Source: an uncultured bacterium
Lineage (GTDB): Bacteria; Abyssobacteria; SURF-5
Assembly (NCBI GenBank): GCA_964607485.1
Contig: CAZSKP010000030.1
Coordinates: forward strand, 1-56,469
Direction of reading: 5' to 3'
Length of the DNA stretch: 56,469 nt
This document shows, piece by piece, positions 47,405 through 56,395 of the stretch (positions within the stretch are counted from its first letter, which is position 1; every line of letters begins with the position of its first letter). The translations under genes were made by a program, and so were the position numbers. The notes beneath the pieces were generated by a model. It ran no database searches. It was not told where the DNA came from and saw only the letters and a program-made list of their open reading frames with translations.

Positions 47405-49177
47405 GTGACAGTTTCATACAAACGCACCCACTATTGCGGCGAGCTCAGGGCCGAACACGCCCAGGCGACGGTGACGCTCGCGGGATGGGTTCACCGCAGG
47501 CGCGACCATGGAAACCTCATATTCATCGACCTCCGCGACCGAACGGGCCTCGTGCAGGTGGTCTTCAATCCGCAGGTGGATTCATCCTCGCACGAACTCG
47601 CGCAGAAGCTGAGGAGCGAATTCGTCGTGGCGGTTTCCGGCACGGTGAGCCTCCGTCCGAAGGAGGCCGTCAACCCGAAGCTGGCGACGGGCGAGGTGGA
47701 GGTGTTCGCCAACAGGCTCGGTATTCTCAGCCAGGCCGAAACCCCGCCGTTCCTCGTCGAGGACGAGACAGACGCCAGCGAGGACATCCGGCTCAAGTAC
47801 CGTTACCTCGACATGCGCCGGCCCAAGCTGCAGAAGAATTTCCTGCTCAGGCATAAGGCGACGATCGCCGTACGGAACTATTTCGACCGGCTCGGCTTCC
47901 TGGAGATCGAAACCCCGTTCTTGACCAAGAGCACGCCCGAGGGCGCGCGCGACTTCCTCGTGCCCAGCCGCTTGAGCCGCGGACAGTTCTATGCGCTCCC
48001 CCAGTCGCCCCAGCTCTTCAAGCAGATACTCATGATCGGCGGGATGGACAAATATTTTCAGATTGTGAAATGCTTCCGCGACGAAGACATGCGCGCCGAC
48101 CGCCAGCTCGAGTTCACGCAGATCGACGTCGAGATGTCGTTCATCACGCGCGAGGACATCATCGCGCTCATCGAAGGGATGATGGCGGAGATATACCGCG
48201 CCACGCTGGGAATCGATATTCCAACGCCGATGCCGCGACTGACGTATGCCGAGGCCATGTCGCGCTTCGGGAAGGACGCGCCCGACCTCAGGTTCGGGAT
48301 GGAGTTGAAAGACGTCACCGACCTCGCCGGCAGAAGCGAGTTCAAGGTGTTCAAGAGCGCCGTCGAGGCGGGCGGATGCGTGAAGGCGGTCAGCGTGCCC
48401 GGGATGGGCGAATTCCCCCGCAGCCGTCAGGATGAGCTGGTGGAATACGTGAAGATTTTCGGCGCGAAGGGCTTAGCGTGGTTCCGACACGCGCCGGAGG
48501 GACTCTCGTCACCCATCGCGAAATTTTTCGAGGAATCGCTCCTGAACGAAATTTCCCAGCGGGTCGGCTCGCAGGTTGGAGACATTATCGTGTTCGTCGC
48601 CGACAGACCGGACGTCGTACGCGACGCACTCGGCAACCTCCGCGTGAAGCTCGCCCGCGAGCTCGGCCTGATACCCGAGGATAAGCTGGCCTTTACATGG
48701 ATTGTGGACTTTCCCCTGTTTCATTACAACGATGAGGAAGAGCGGCTGGAATCGGAACATCATCCGTTCACGGCGCCCATGCCCGAGGACATCCCGCTGC
48801 TCGACAAGGACCCGCTCAAGGTGCGCGCGCAGGCGTATGACCTCGTGTTGAACGGGAATGAAATCGGGGGCGGGAGCATACGTATCCACGACACGCAGCT
48901 TCAGACGAGGATATTCACCCTGCTCAACCTGGGCGAAGAGGAAGCCCGCCAGAAGTTTGGATTTTTGCTCGACGCGCTCTCCTACGGGGCGCCGCCCCAC
49001 GGCGGAATAGCGATGGGGTTCGACCGTATCGTGATGCTTTTGTGCGGGGCCTCGTCCATCAGGGAGGTCATCGGCTTCCCCAAGACTCAGAAGGGCGTGT
49101 GCGCGATGACCGAAGCGCCCGCCCCGGTCGATACGAAACAGCTTCGCGAGCTGGGCATTAAGATTGATCTGGATTGA
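47405..49177 (+). CDS. aspS: Aspartate--tRNA ligase
   Basis: RTHYCG, FIDLRD, STPEGARDFLVPSR, LPQSPQLFKQ and GAPPHGG. Confidence 0.97.
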   Translation: MTVSYKRTHYCGELRAEHAQATVTLAGWVHRRRDHGNLIFIDLRDRTGLVQVVFNPQVDSSSHELAQKLRSEFVVAVSGTVSLRPKEAVNPKLATGEVEVFANRLGILSQAETPPFLVEDETDASEDIRLKYRYLDMRRPKLQKNFLLRHKATIAVRNYFDRLGFLEIETPFLTKSTPEGARDFLVPSRLSRGQFYALPQSPQLFKQILMIGGMDKYFQIVKCFRDEDMRADRQLEFTQIDVEMSFITREDIIALIEGMMAEIYRATLGIDIPTPMPRLTYAEAMSRFGKDAPDLRFGMELKDVTDLAGRSEFKVFKSAVEAGGCVKAVSVPGMGEFPRSRQDELVEYVKIFGAKGLAWFRHAPEGLSSPIAKFFEESLLNEISQRVGSQVGDIIVFVADRPDVVRDALGNLRVKLARELGLIPEDKLAFTWIVDFPLFHYNDEEERLESEHHPFTAPMPEDIPLLDKDPLKVRAQAYDLVLNGNEIGGGSIRIHDTQLQTRIFTLLNLGEEEARQKFGFLLDALSYGAPPHGGIAMGFDRIVMLLCGASSIREVIGFPKTQKGVCAMTEAPAPVDTKQLRELGIKIDLD

Positions 49178-49225
49178 GGCTCAGCTCTCCGCACCTTTCA
49201 ACTGCACTTCCCTCTTTGTCTACGC

Positions 49226-49603
49226 TTACTCGCCCGAGCCGACGAGCGGCAGAACCTTGTCGACCCGGAAATAGACGAGGTACTCGGCCTTGTCCTTGAG
49301 GTCGGGGTACGTCTTCCTGCGAACCGAATCTATCACGTTGCGGTCGGTTTCTTCCTTGGTCTTGGTCAGGAAAAGTCTCTTTCCCGTGTATTTGGGGCCG
49401 TCCTCCATGAAGAGGTAGGCGGCATGGGGGTTGGATTGGAGATTGTGATGTGTCAACCGGTCGAGCATTATGAAGGCGACCGTGTCATCACTATCCAACA
49501 TGTGCGGTCTTCCGTAAACGGCGGCGTCCACGCGCCCTTCGGCGTCCGCCGTCGCCAACACTCCGCGTCCTTTCACCTTTTCGAAATATTCCTTGATCTT
49601 CAT
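49226..49603 (-). CDS. Pyridoxamine 5'-phosphate oxidase-like (split-barrel flavin-binding) protein
   Basis: GVLATADAEG..AVY and THHNLQSNP; GGAGG RBS. Confidence 0.8.
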   Translation of the reverse strand: MKIKEYFEKVKGRGVLATADAEGRVDAAVYGRPHMLDSDDTVAFIMLDRLTHHNLQSNPHAAYLFMEDGPKYTGKRLFLTKTKEETDRNVIDSVRRKTYPDLKDKAEYLVYFRVDKVLPLVGSGE

Positions 49604-49746
49604 TTCAAATACCTCCAGTGGTTTATTCGCTCATTTTCATGGTCAGACTCATCAGCCCTCGGGCCTTTCTTTCTTTATATAAGTATGCCGACGGCCCTCT
49701 GTTTCCGCCACACAATTTCGGCAGAACCCCAAGGCCGGTTGCCCGC

Positions 49747-50361
49747 TCAAACGACTCGTTTGAAGCTCTTCTTGTCCGCCCCGCAGACCGGACACAGGTC
49801 GGGCGGCTCTCCATCGAAAACGTATCCGCATACTCCGCAAACACTGTAATCGGGTTCCCGGTCGGTCACCATCGCGGCCAGGGCGTCTTTGTACAGTGCG
49901 GCGTGCCTTTCCTCGACGTCTCTGGCGCGGCTGAAGCTCCAGGCCACGTCCTCCCTCTTAAGGCCGAAAGCCTCCTTGATGAGTTGAGGATAAATCTGCG
50001 TGTTGGCCTTGATCTCGTTTTCAAAGGCGGCCTTCAAGTTGTCCTCGGTGTCGCCGATGACGCCTTCGAGGTATTTCAGATACTCGGCGGCGTGGACTCT
50101 CTCCGCCTCGGCGACAGCTTTGAAGAGCTTCGCGATCTGCGGAAATTCATCCTGCTCCGCCTTCTTGGCGAACGCCATGTTCCGCACGTGGGCCTTCGAT
50201 TCGCCCGCGAATGCTTCCCTCAGGCTTTTCTCGAGGTCGTCTGGCAATTTTTCGTACAAAATGAACTGGTATTTGATGGCCGAGCAGTTCGGACACGTAT
50301 CCGGTGGCACCTCGCCTTCGTGCACATACCCGCACACCGTACATTTCCACTTCTTTTTCAT
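49747..50361 (-). CDS. Rubrerythrin-family protein with N- and C-terminal rubredoxin-like domains
   Basis: WKCTVCGY..CPNC, AFAGES, ERVH, ERH and VCGVCGY..CPVCG. Confidence 0.88.
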   Translation of the reverse strand: MKKKWKCTVCGYVHEGEVPPDTCPNCSAIKYQFILYEKLPDDLEKSLREAFAGESKAHVRNMAFAKKAEQDEFPQIAKLFKAVAEAERVHAAEYLKYLEGVIGDTEDNLKAAFENEIKANTQIYPQLIKEAFGLKREDVAWSFSRARDVEERHAALYKDALAAMVTDREPDYSVCGVCGYVFDGEPPDLCPVCGADKKSFKRVV

Positions 50362-50438
50362 CAGCCTCTCCTCACGCTCCTCTCCTTTAATCGGCGGAGT
50401 AGGTCCCACCTCTCTTGTGTCGGCCAGCGTCTGCCACC

Positions 50439-50621
50439 CTATTGCGCAAGTCGGGGGTCGATGCCGCTGAAGCCGCCCTCCGGGGTGTATGAAGTGACAT
50501 CGACGAACGCACATTCTTCTCGACATGACGGGCACTTGTCCGGCGGATCTTCGGCTTGAAACGTGTATCCGCAGCCCGTGCATTTCCAGTGGGGCTTCGG
50601 GGTCGCGTCGTTGTTTTCCAT
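50439..50621 (-). CDS. Small rubredoxin-like protein
   Basis: [34 protein letters not shown]. Confidence 0.82.
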   Translation of the reverse strand: MENNDATPKPHWKCTGCGYTFQAEDPPDKCPSCREECAFVDVTSYTPEGGFSGIDPRLAQ

Positions 50622-50651
50622 GAGTCGCTGCCTCCTTGTGCGGGCGCCTGT

Positions 50652-50861
50652 TCAGATTCCTTCTTGCGCGGCGGAACCCGCGCCGGCGAGCGGGCGAAAC
50701 ATATGCTTGCCCGCGCCGCAGAGCGGGCATTTCCAGTCATCCGGCAGGTCCTCGAAGCGAGTACCCTTCGGAATCTTGCCTTTCTTGTCTCCCTTGTCGG
50801 GATTGTAGATATATCCGCAATTCACCTGCTGGCACTGCCACATATCTTCGGGTTTTGACAT
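50652..50861 (-). CDS. Rubredoxin (CX4C type)
   Basis: [31 protein letters not shown]. Confidence 0.93.
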   Translation of the reverse strand: MSKPEDMWQCQQVNCGYIYNPDKGDKKGKIPKGTRFEDLPDDWKCPLCGAGKHMFRPLAGAGSAAQEGI

Positions 50862-50899
50862 GCCTCATTCCTTCCGAATCAGTTTCGGCCTGAGCCGAA

Positions 50900-51418
50900 T
50901 CACGCCTGGGTCGGTTCGGCCGGGGGCGTGAAGACGCGCTGGCCCAGCTCGCGATCGATCATGAACAGTCCGCCGCCGTCGTCACCCACGAGCTTGAGCT
51001 GCTGGACAACGTCGTTGGCCGACGACTCCTCTTCCACCTGCTCGGTGACAAACCACTGCAGGAAGGTATTCGTCGCGTGGTCGCGTTCCTTCGCGGCCAG
51101 GTCCACCAGCTTATTGATCAAGCCCGTGACCTTTTGCTCGTGCTTGAGCACATGCTCAAACGCCACAAGCGGCGACTTCCATTCCGACGGCGGTCCCTCG
51201 ACGGGCTGCAGGAGGACCCGCCCGCCGCGCCCATTTTTTTAATCGGAGAATTTTATCGCATGCACCAGTTCCTCCTTCGCCGGTACGCGCATCCAGTTGG
51301 CGAAGCCAGCCATGTTGATCGACTGGAAGTAGGCGGACATCGACAGGTAGAGGTACGACGAGTACAGCTCTGCGTTAAGCTGTCCGTTCAGTGCTTTCCC
51401 CATTTTTTCGGTTAACAT
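50900..51418 (-). pseudogene. ftnA: Non-heme ferritin interrupted by an in-frame TAA (pseudogene or sequence error)
   Basis: [25 protein letters not shown] then TAA at 51239-51241; the same frame continues [24 protein letters not shown]. Confidence 0.88.
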
Positions 51419-51467
51419 AGCAATCACCTCTTATGCAGGCCGGGCCGCGCGAAGCGCTCGCCGCGCC

Positions 51468-51983
51468 TCAGGCCAGCTTGCTCGCCGCGCTCAACACCGC
51501 TTCGTAGTCGGGCTCGGTCGTAATTTCCTTGACAAGCTCAATGTAGCGAACGACGCCCTCGCTGTCCACGAGGAACACCGCCCTCGCCAGCAGGCGCAGT
51601 TCCTTGATGAGCACGCCGTATGCCATGCCGAAGGAGGCGTCGCGGTGGTCGGAGAGGGTCTGGACTCTCTCTATGCCCGCAGCCGCACACCAACGTTTCT
51701 GGGCAAACGGCAGGTCCATGCTGATGGTGAGCAGCGCCACGTCGGACCCCAGCTTGACAGCCTCCTCGTTGAACCTCCGCGTCTCGGTATCGCACACCGG
51801 CGTGTCGAGCGACGGCACGGAGGAAACGATACGCACCTTGCCGCGATACGAGGAGAACTTCACGGGCTTGAGGTCGTTGTCGAGCACGGTGAACTCCGGA
51901 GCCGGCTTGCCCACCTTGACTTCGGCGCCCAGCAGTGTCAGCGGATTTCCCTTCATTGTCACGATGCCAGTTCGCTCTTGCAT
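51468..51983 (-). CDS. tpx: Thiol peroxidase Tpx
   Basis: VPSLDTPVC, ISMDLPFAQKRWC, LARAVF and EPDY. Confidence 0.95.
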   Translation of the reverse strand: MQERTGIVTMKGNPLTLLGAEVKVGKPAPEFTVLDNDLKPVKFSSYRGKVRIVSSVPSLDTPVCDTETRRFNEEAVKLGSDVALLTISMDLPFAQKRWCAAAGIERVQTLSDHRDASFGMAYGVLIKELRLLARAVFLVDSEGVVRYIELVKEITTEPDYEAVLSAASKLA

Positions 51984-52008
51984 TGCACGTTCCTTTCCGT
52001 CGTGGAAC

Positions 52009-52581
52009 TCAATAGTTCTCGCCGAGTAGCTCGAAGTGGGCCTGTGCGTGCGCGCAGGCGGGACATTCCTTGGGCGCCTCGGGACTTTCGTGCAGATATC
52101 CGCAATTGCGACAGCGCCACACCACCGGCTTTCCTTTCTTGAACACCGTGCCGGCATCGACGTTCGTCAGGAGGGCGAGGTAGCGTTTCTCGTGCTGCTT
52201 CTCGGCAACGGCGATGGACTCGAATATCTTTGCTACATCCTTGCGGCCTTCCTCCTGCGCGACTTTGGCGAACGACGGATACATCTCCTGCCACTCGTAG
52301 CGCTCGCCGCCCGCCGCGGCCTTGAGGTTTTCGGAGGTCTTGCCGATCACGCCCGCCGGGAACGCTGCTTGAATCTGGACTTCGCTGCCTTCGAGCAGCT
52401 TGAACAGGCGCTTGGCATGTTCCTTCTCCTGGTTCGCCGTTTCATCGAAAATATAGGCGATCTGCTCAAACCCTTCCTTCTTCGCCTGACTGGCAAAGTA
52501 GGTGTAGCGGTTGCGGGCCTGCGATTCTCCCGCAAATGCCGTCAGGATGTTTCTTTCAGTCTTCGATCCCCTGAGCCCCAT
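52009..52581 (-). CDS. rbr: Rubrerythrin
   Basis: AFAGESQARNRY, EKEH, GERYE..MYP, EKQH and WRCRNCGY..CPAC. Confidence 0.96.
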   Translation of the reverse strand: MGLRGSKTERNILTAFAGESQARNRYTYFASQAKKEGFEQIAYIFDETANQEKEHAKRLFKLLEGSEVQIQAAFPAGVIGKTSENLKAAAGGERYEWQEMYPSFAKVAQEEGRKDVAKIFESIAVAEKQHEKRYLALLTNVDAGTVFKKGKPVVWRCRNCGYLHESPEAPKECPACAHAQAHFELLGENY

Positions 52582-53026
52582 TATCTTTCTCCTTTCCAAC
52601 ACTCGTTTGGATTCTCTTTCGAAAATCCGCCTCTCCCTTCTTGCATTCCGGGCACAGCCCGATGAACTCCAGCCGATGCCCGATTACTTCAAAGTCGCTC
52701 AGCCCACGCAGCACGTTTTCAAGCTCGGCGACGGGCTCGACCGGCACGTCTTCCACATGCCCGCAGCAGACGCAACGGACGTGATAGTGATTCCTTATGT
52801 CGCCGTCGAACCGTCGCTGCGAGCCTCCGAGCTCCAGCTTGCGAATGAGACCCCGGCTGGACAGTGTCTCCAGGTTTCGGTACACCGTGCCGAGGCTGAT
52901 CCGTGGCAGCCGCCGCCGGACCAATTTGTAAACTTCATCGGCGGGCGGATGCGAGTTGACTTTCCTGAGCTCCTCCAGGATGGTCCTTCGCTGGCGGGTC
53001 ATCCTGAATGGTTTCGCGGATGGCAA
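52556..53026 (-). CDS. perR: Fur-family regulator, probably PerR
   Basis: RMTRQR, HPPADEVY, ISLGTVYRNL, HYHVRCVCCG and GLCPEC; heads the rbr-tpx-ftn-rubredoxin operon. Confidence 0.85.
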   Translation of the reverse strand: MPSAKPFRMTRQRRTILEELRKVNSHPPADEVYKLVRRRLPRISLGTVYRNLETLSSRGLIRKLELGGSQRRFDGDIRNHYHVRCVCCGHVEDVPVEPVAELENVLRGLSDFEVIGHRLEFIGLCPECKKGEADFRKRIQTSVGKEKDNGAQGIED

Positions 53027-53046
53027 TGGAGCCGGCCTCCCATCTT

Positions 53047-53065
53047 AATGATAACGATTACTAAT
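53047..53065 (-). promoter_or_regulatory. PerR/Fur-box-like operator
   Basis: 19-bp AT-rich imperfect palindrome ATTAGTAATCGTTATCATT about 20 bp upstream of the Fur-family start. Confidence 0.75.
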
Positions 53066-53227
53066 AACGCTCAAATACATACTGTCCCGAAAAATATGAT
53101 TTGGCAAGAGGGAAACGAAGAAATTTCCAGATCTTTAATAAAGGCCGAAGGGGAGGCATCTATCTGATAATCAGCCCGCGATGGGATGTGGGAGTGACAT
53201 TCAGGCCGGCTGTTGCCGTCAGCGCGC

Positions 53228-54970
53228 CTATTCTGCCGCGCGTGTCTTGACCATCTTCTTGGCTCTTGCGAGGAAATCGTCGAGATTGTTTCTGAACGCT
53301 CTCTTGTCGAATTTCCCCACGCTGGTCTTGGGAATGTCGTCGGTGATGACGATGTAGTCGGGGAGCATCCATTTGGTCATGTGCCCTTTTTCAACGCCCT
53401 CAACCTCGAGGAATTTGATGATGTCTTCCTCCGTCTGAGTGGCACCGGGCACGAGCCTCACGATGGCCATCGGTCTTCCGCCCCATTTAGGGTCGGGCAC
53501 GCCGACGTAGGCGGCCTCGAGCACAAAGTCGGCTGTTGCGGTGAGGTTTTCGAGCAGCACGGTGGGCACCATCTCGGCGCCGCTCCTGATCATGTCGGTC
53601 ACCCTGTCCACGATGGTGATGTAGCCCTGCTGGTCGACCTTCGCGATGTCGCCGGTATGGAACCAGCCCCCCTTCCAGACGTCGGCCGTTTTGTCGGGGT
53701 CGTTGAAGTATTCCTCCATCACCCACGGACCGCGCATGACGATTTCGCCGAGCGTGGTGTTGTCCCGGGGCACGGGATTGCCGTTTTCATCTACGACCTC
53801 GACGTCGAGACCGGGCAGCGGCAGCCCTGTCTTCACCCTGAATTCGTCCAGCTTCTCCTTCGGCCAGTCCTTCATGAACTGCTTCGCGAAGCTGATGATA
53901 GTGGTGGGCGCGGTCTCGGTCATTCCGTAACCGGACGCGGCGGTGAAGCCGGGAATCATCTTCTCGGCCTTGCTCTTGAGTCCCAACGGCAGCGCGGCGC
54001 CGCCGACGCTGACGTTTTTGAGACTGGTGAGGTCGTATCCGGCCAGTTTCTCGTATTCGACCAGCATCGCGAGCATTGTCGGCACGACGCCCGTGGTGGT
54101 CACCTTCTCGTTCTGAACGAGTTCGCAGAAGCCCTCGACGGTGAACCTTCCCGGCAGCACCATCTTGTTCGCCGCAAACGCGCACATGAACGGAATGCCC
54201 CAGCCGTGGATGTGGAACAGCGGAGTGTTGAGCATGGCGACGGCCGATTCGCCCAACCGCGCATTGGCGGGGTCGGAATTCCATGTGCGGCCGAGCATGG
54301 TGTGGACGGAGAACAGGTAGAGCTGCCTGTGGGTGAACATGACGCCTTTGGGCAGGCCGGTCGTGGCGGTGGTGTAACACAGGGTGGCGCAGGTGCCTTC
54401 GTCGAGATGCGGCCACTCGAAATCGGAGGGCTGTTCGCCCACCATTTCCTCGTATTCGTACAACGGGTGAATGTTGGTCTCGGGCTTGCCGGGGTTGTCG
54501 GACATGTACACGAACTTTTCGACCGTGTCCTTTATGCGGTCGTATATCCTCTCCATCATCGGCAGAAGCGAATCGTCGAAGAAGATGATTTTGTCGCCGG
54601 AGTGTTTTATCGTGTGGACGATATGGTCGAGCGAGAGGCGTATGTTTATCGGATGCAGCACGGCGCCGATACAGGGCACGGCGAAGTAGAGCTCAAGGTG
54701 TCTGTGATGGTTGAACGCCATCGTGGCGACCCGGCCGCCCGGCTCGGCCGGAGTGCCAGGCTTTGCGGCAAGCGGCCCCGTGAGCGCGTTGGCCAGGCGG
54801 CACGTGCGTTCGTACCACTCGTGCCATGTGAACCAGTAGTAGTTGCCCGAGTCGGGGTTTCTGTACACGACGCCGGTCTCGTTCGGATACATCCGCACGG
54901 GCCGCTTCATGAACGTGGTGAGCAGGAGCGGATAGTGCGTGCTGAATTCGGGATAGGTCCTCGCTTCCAA
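53228..54970 (-). CDS. Fatty-acid--CoA ligase (AMP-binding, AlkK-like)
   Basis: YTTATTGLPKGV, PLFHIHGWG, GYGMTET, GWFHTGD and PKTSVGK; TTG start after AAGGGGG. Confidence 0.92.
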   Translation of the reverse strand: MEARTYPEFSTHYPLLLTTFMKRPVRMYPNETGVVYRNPDSGNYYWFTWHEWYERTCRLANALTGPLAAKPGTPAEPGGRVATMAFNHHRHLELYFAVPCIGAVLHPINIRLSLDHIVHTIKHSGDKIIFFDDSLLPMMERIYDRIKDTVEKFVYMSDNPGKPETNIHPLYEYEEMVGEQPSDFEWPHLDEGTCATLCYTTATTGLPKGVMFTHRQLYLFSVHTMLGRTWNSDPANARLGESAVAMLNTPLFHIHGWGIPFMCAFAANKMVLPGRFTVEGFCELVQNEKVTTTGVVPTMLAMLVEYEKLAGYDLTSLKNVSVGGAALPLGLKSKAEKMIPGFTAASGYGMTETAPTTIISFAKQFMKDWPKEKLDEFRVKTGLPLPGLDVEVVDENGNPVPRDNTTLGEIVMRGPWVMEEYFNDPDKTADVWKGGWFHTGDIAKVDQQGYITIVDRVTDMIRSGAEMVPTVLLENLTATADFVLEAAYVGVPDPKWGGRPMAIVRLVPGATQTEEDIIKFLEVEGVEKGHMTKWMLPDYIVITDDIPKTSVGKFDKRAFRNNLDDFLARAKKMVKTRAAE

Positions 54971-55061
54971 CGTCGTCCCCCTTGATATGCCGTTTTTGCT
55001 GCGGTTACGCCGTACTGCGAAGTATATATCATGAGGTGGGTCGTGGACAAGTGTTGAAATA

Positions 55062-55110
55062 GGGGTCAGGTCTTGCATTGCAACAATATGTCATTGCAAA
55101 ACCTGACCCC
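55062..55110. repeat. REP-like inverted repeat
   Basis: GGGGTCAGGTCTTGCATTG, 11-nt loop, CATTGCAAAACCTGACCCC (19-bp arms, 2 mismatches). Confidence 0.75.
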
Positions 55111-55146
55111 GACTCTTCCGGGTGCCCCGTCATCTTCAACCGATGG

Positions 55147-56142
55147 TCATTCGGGGAAACTCAGCCTTGCCAGAAAGTGGCCGCGATCATGGTATTCTTT
55201 TATTGTATCGGCGACTATGTCAATAAACTCAGCCAACATCAGATACTTCTTCAGCACCTTTTCCCATGAATCATCTGCCAGCGTAACCAGGGCTGGCTCG
55301 ATTAGTTTTGCTCCGCCAAATCCGACATCGGGCCAAACCCTGCAATCAGGCAAATTGATGCCTTCCCGGTTCAACGTCTTGACAACATCATCTTTGAATT
55401 GTTTGTGAACCTCCCTTTTCAAGGGTTTCTCAACGCCGACAGGGAATCGCACATATTCTTTATTTGTCTTCCGGTCGCGGTAATAATGGAAGGTAAAATG
55501 AACGCCATAGCCGGGTGCTTTGAAATTTCCCCATTTGCTCGGAATGAAGGCGGTGAACCAATTCTTCCGCCTTTTTATATGTTTGTCATAATCCAAGTCT
55601 TGCCAATTGAGTTTAACCGTCATATTCTTGTCAAGTCGCAGTATTTCTTCCACAAACCGATTCTTCTGCTCTTTGAATAGTTCGTAAGATTTCATAACAG
55701 AGTGGTCGATCACGACTTTGTCATGCCTGCGTGTATCGACGTGAGTGGTAGAGGATATTTGGGCGGGGGATGGCTCAGCAACACTGGTGGCGGGAATAAA
55801 GTCCGATTCCGGGATTTCATGGAATTCGACTCCCCATCTGCGGAGCCTTCTCTTGCGTTCTTCCGGAATCTTGTTCGCAAGCACCATGAGTTCAATGAAC
55901 TCTTCAGGATGCTTTTCTCGGAAACCTTCATAATAGTCAAGGATCTTGTATGTATGTTGTCGGTCGAGGGTGCCCTTTTGTATCTCGACTATCAGCTTGG
56001 CCCCGTGTCTATCCTTAAATAGCAAATCGAAAATATACCCTCCAATTCGATATTGCCGCGCAATCAGCTCCAATCCATCCTCGCCGAGGTACCTCTCTGG
56101 GTCCCGCGCAATAGCGTCTTCCATGTCTTTTTCAGTAAACAT
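55147..56142 (-). CDS. NucS/PD-(D/E)XK-like endonuclease domain protein with unknown C-terminal domain
   Basis: TEKDMEDAI..P...GLELIARQY..GYIFDLLFKD..LIVEIQ; GGAGAG RBS; AT-richer than its flanks. Confidence 0.7.
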   Translation of the reverse strand: MFTEKDMEDAIARDPERYLGEDGLELIARQYRIGGYIFDLLFKDRHGAKLIVEIQKGTLDRQHTYKILDYYEGFREKHPEEFIELMVLANKIPEERKRRLRRWGVEFHEIPESDFIPATSVAEPSPAQISSTTHVDTRRHDKVVIDHSVMKSYELFKEQKNRFVEEILRLDKNMTVKLNWQDLDYDKHIKRRKNWFTAFIPSKWGNFKAPGYGVHFTFHYYRDRKTNKEYVRFPVGVEKPLKREVHKQFKDDVVKTLNREGINLPDCRVWPDVGFGGAKLIEPALVTLADDSWEKVLKKYLMLAEFIDIVADTIKEYHDRGHFLARLSFPE

Positions 56143-56336
56143 CCTACACTCTCCACCGAGCCAATATTACCGTTTCGAGAGAATGTTTCCCATCTGCTGA
56201 ATGGCCTGCAGAAAGAGTTCGCCCGCCCGTTTACAGCTCTAAGCTACCATCTTCTTTCATCAGAGTCAACAGGGACGGACCGAAGTGAAGAATGGTGAGT
56301 TCGCATTTCGAAGGACAAAGGGTAAACAAAGTCTGC

Positions 56337-56395
56337 GGTTTAAGGTTTACGGTTTACGGTTCAAACTGAAAACCGAAGACCGGAAACCGTGAACC
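56337..56395. repeat. Inverted pair of degenerate 7-mer tandem arrays
   Basis: GGTTTAA GGTTTAC GGTTTAC GGTTC followed by complementary-type AAACTGA AAACCGA AGACCGG AAACCGT GAACC. Confidence 0.7.

Noticed and set aside
50362-50730. Extended 327-aa version of the second rubrerythrin
   Set aside because: The extension overlaps two real small rubredoxin genes in other frames; the real start is ATG 50361
51239-51241. Programmed recoding (Sec/Pyl or frameshift) in ferritin
   Set aside because: The stop is TAA, both halves are in the same frame and the position normally encodes Tyr
53213-54985. 590-aa ORF on the + strand
   Set aside because: Antisense shadow of the acyl-CoA ligase with no motifs; expected in high-GC coding DNA
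54971-55078. N-terminal extension MQDLTP... of the CoA ligase
   Set aside because: It begins inside the inverted repeat; a TTG with a good RBS lies at 54970
56337-56395. CRISPR array
   Set aside because: 7-bp units with no unique spacers and no cas genes
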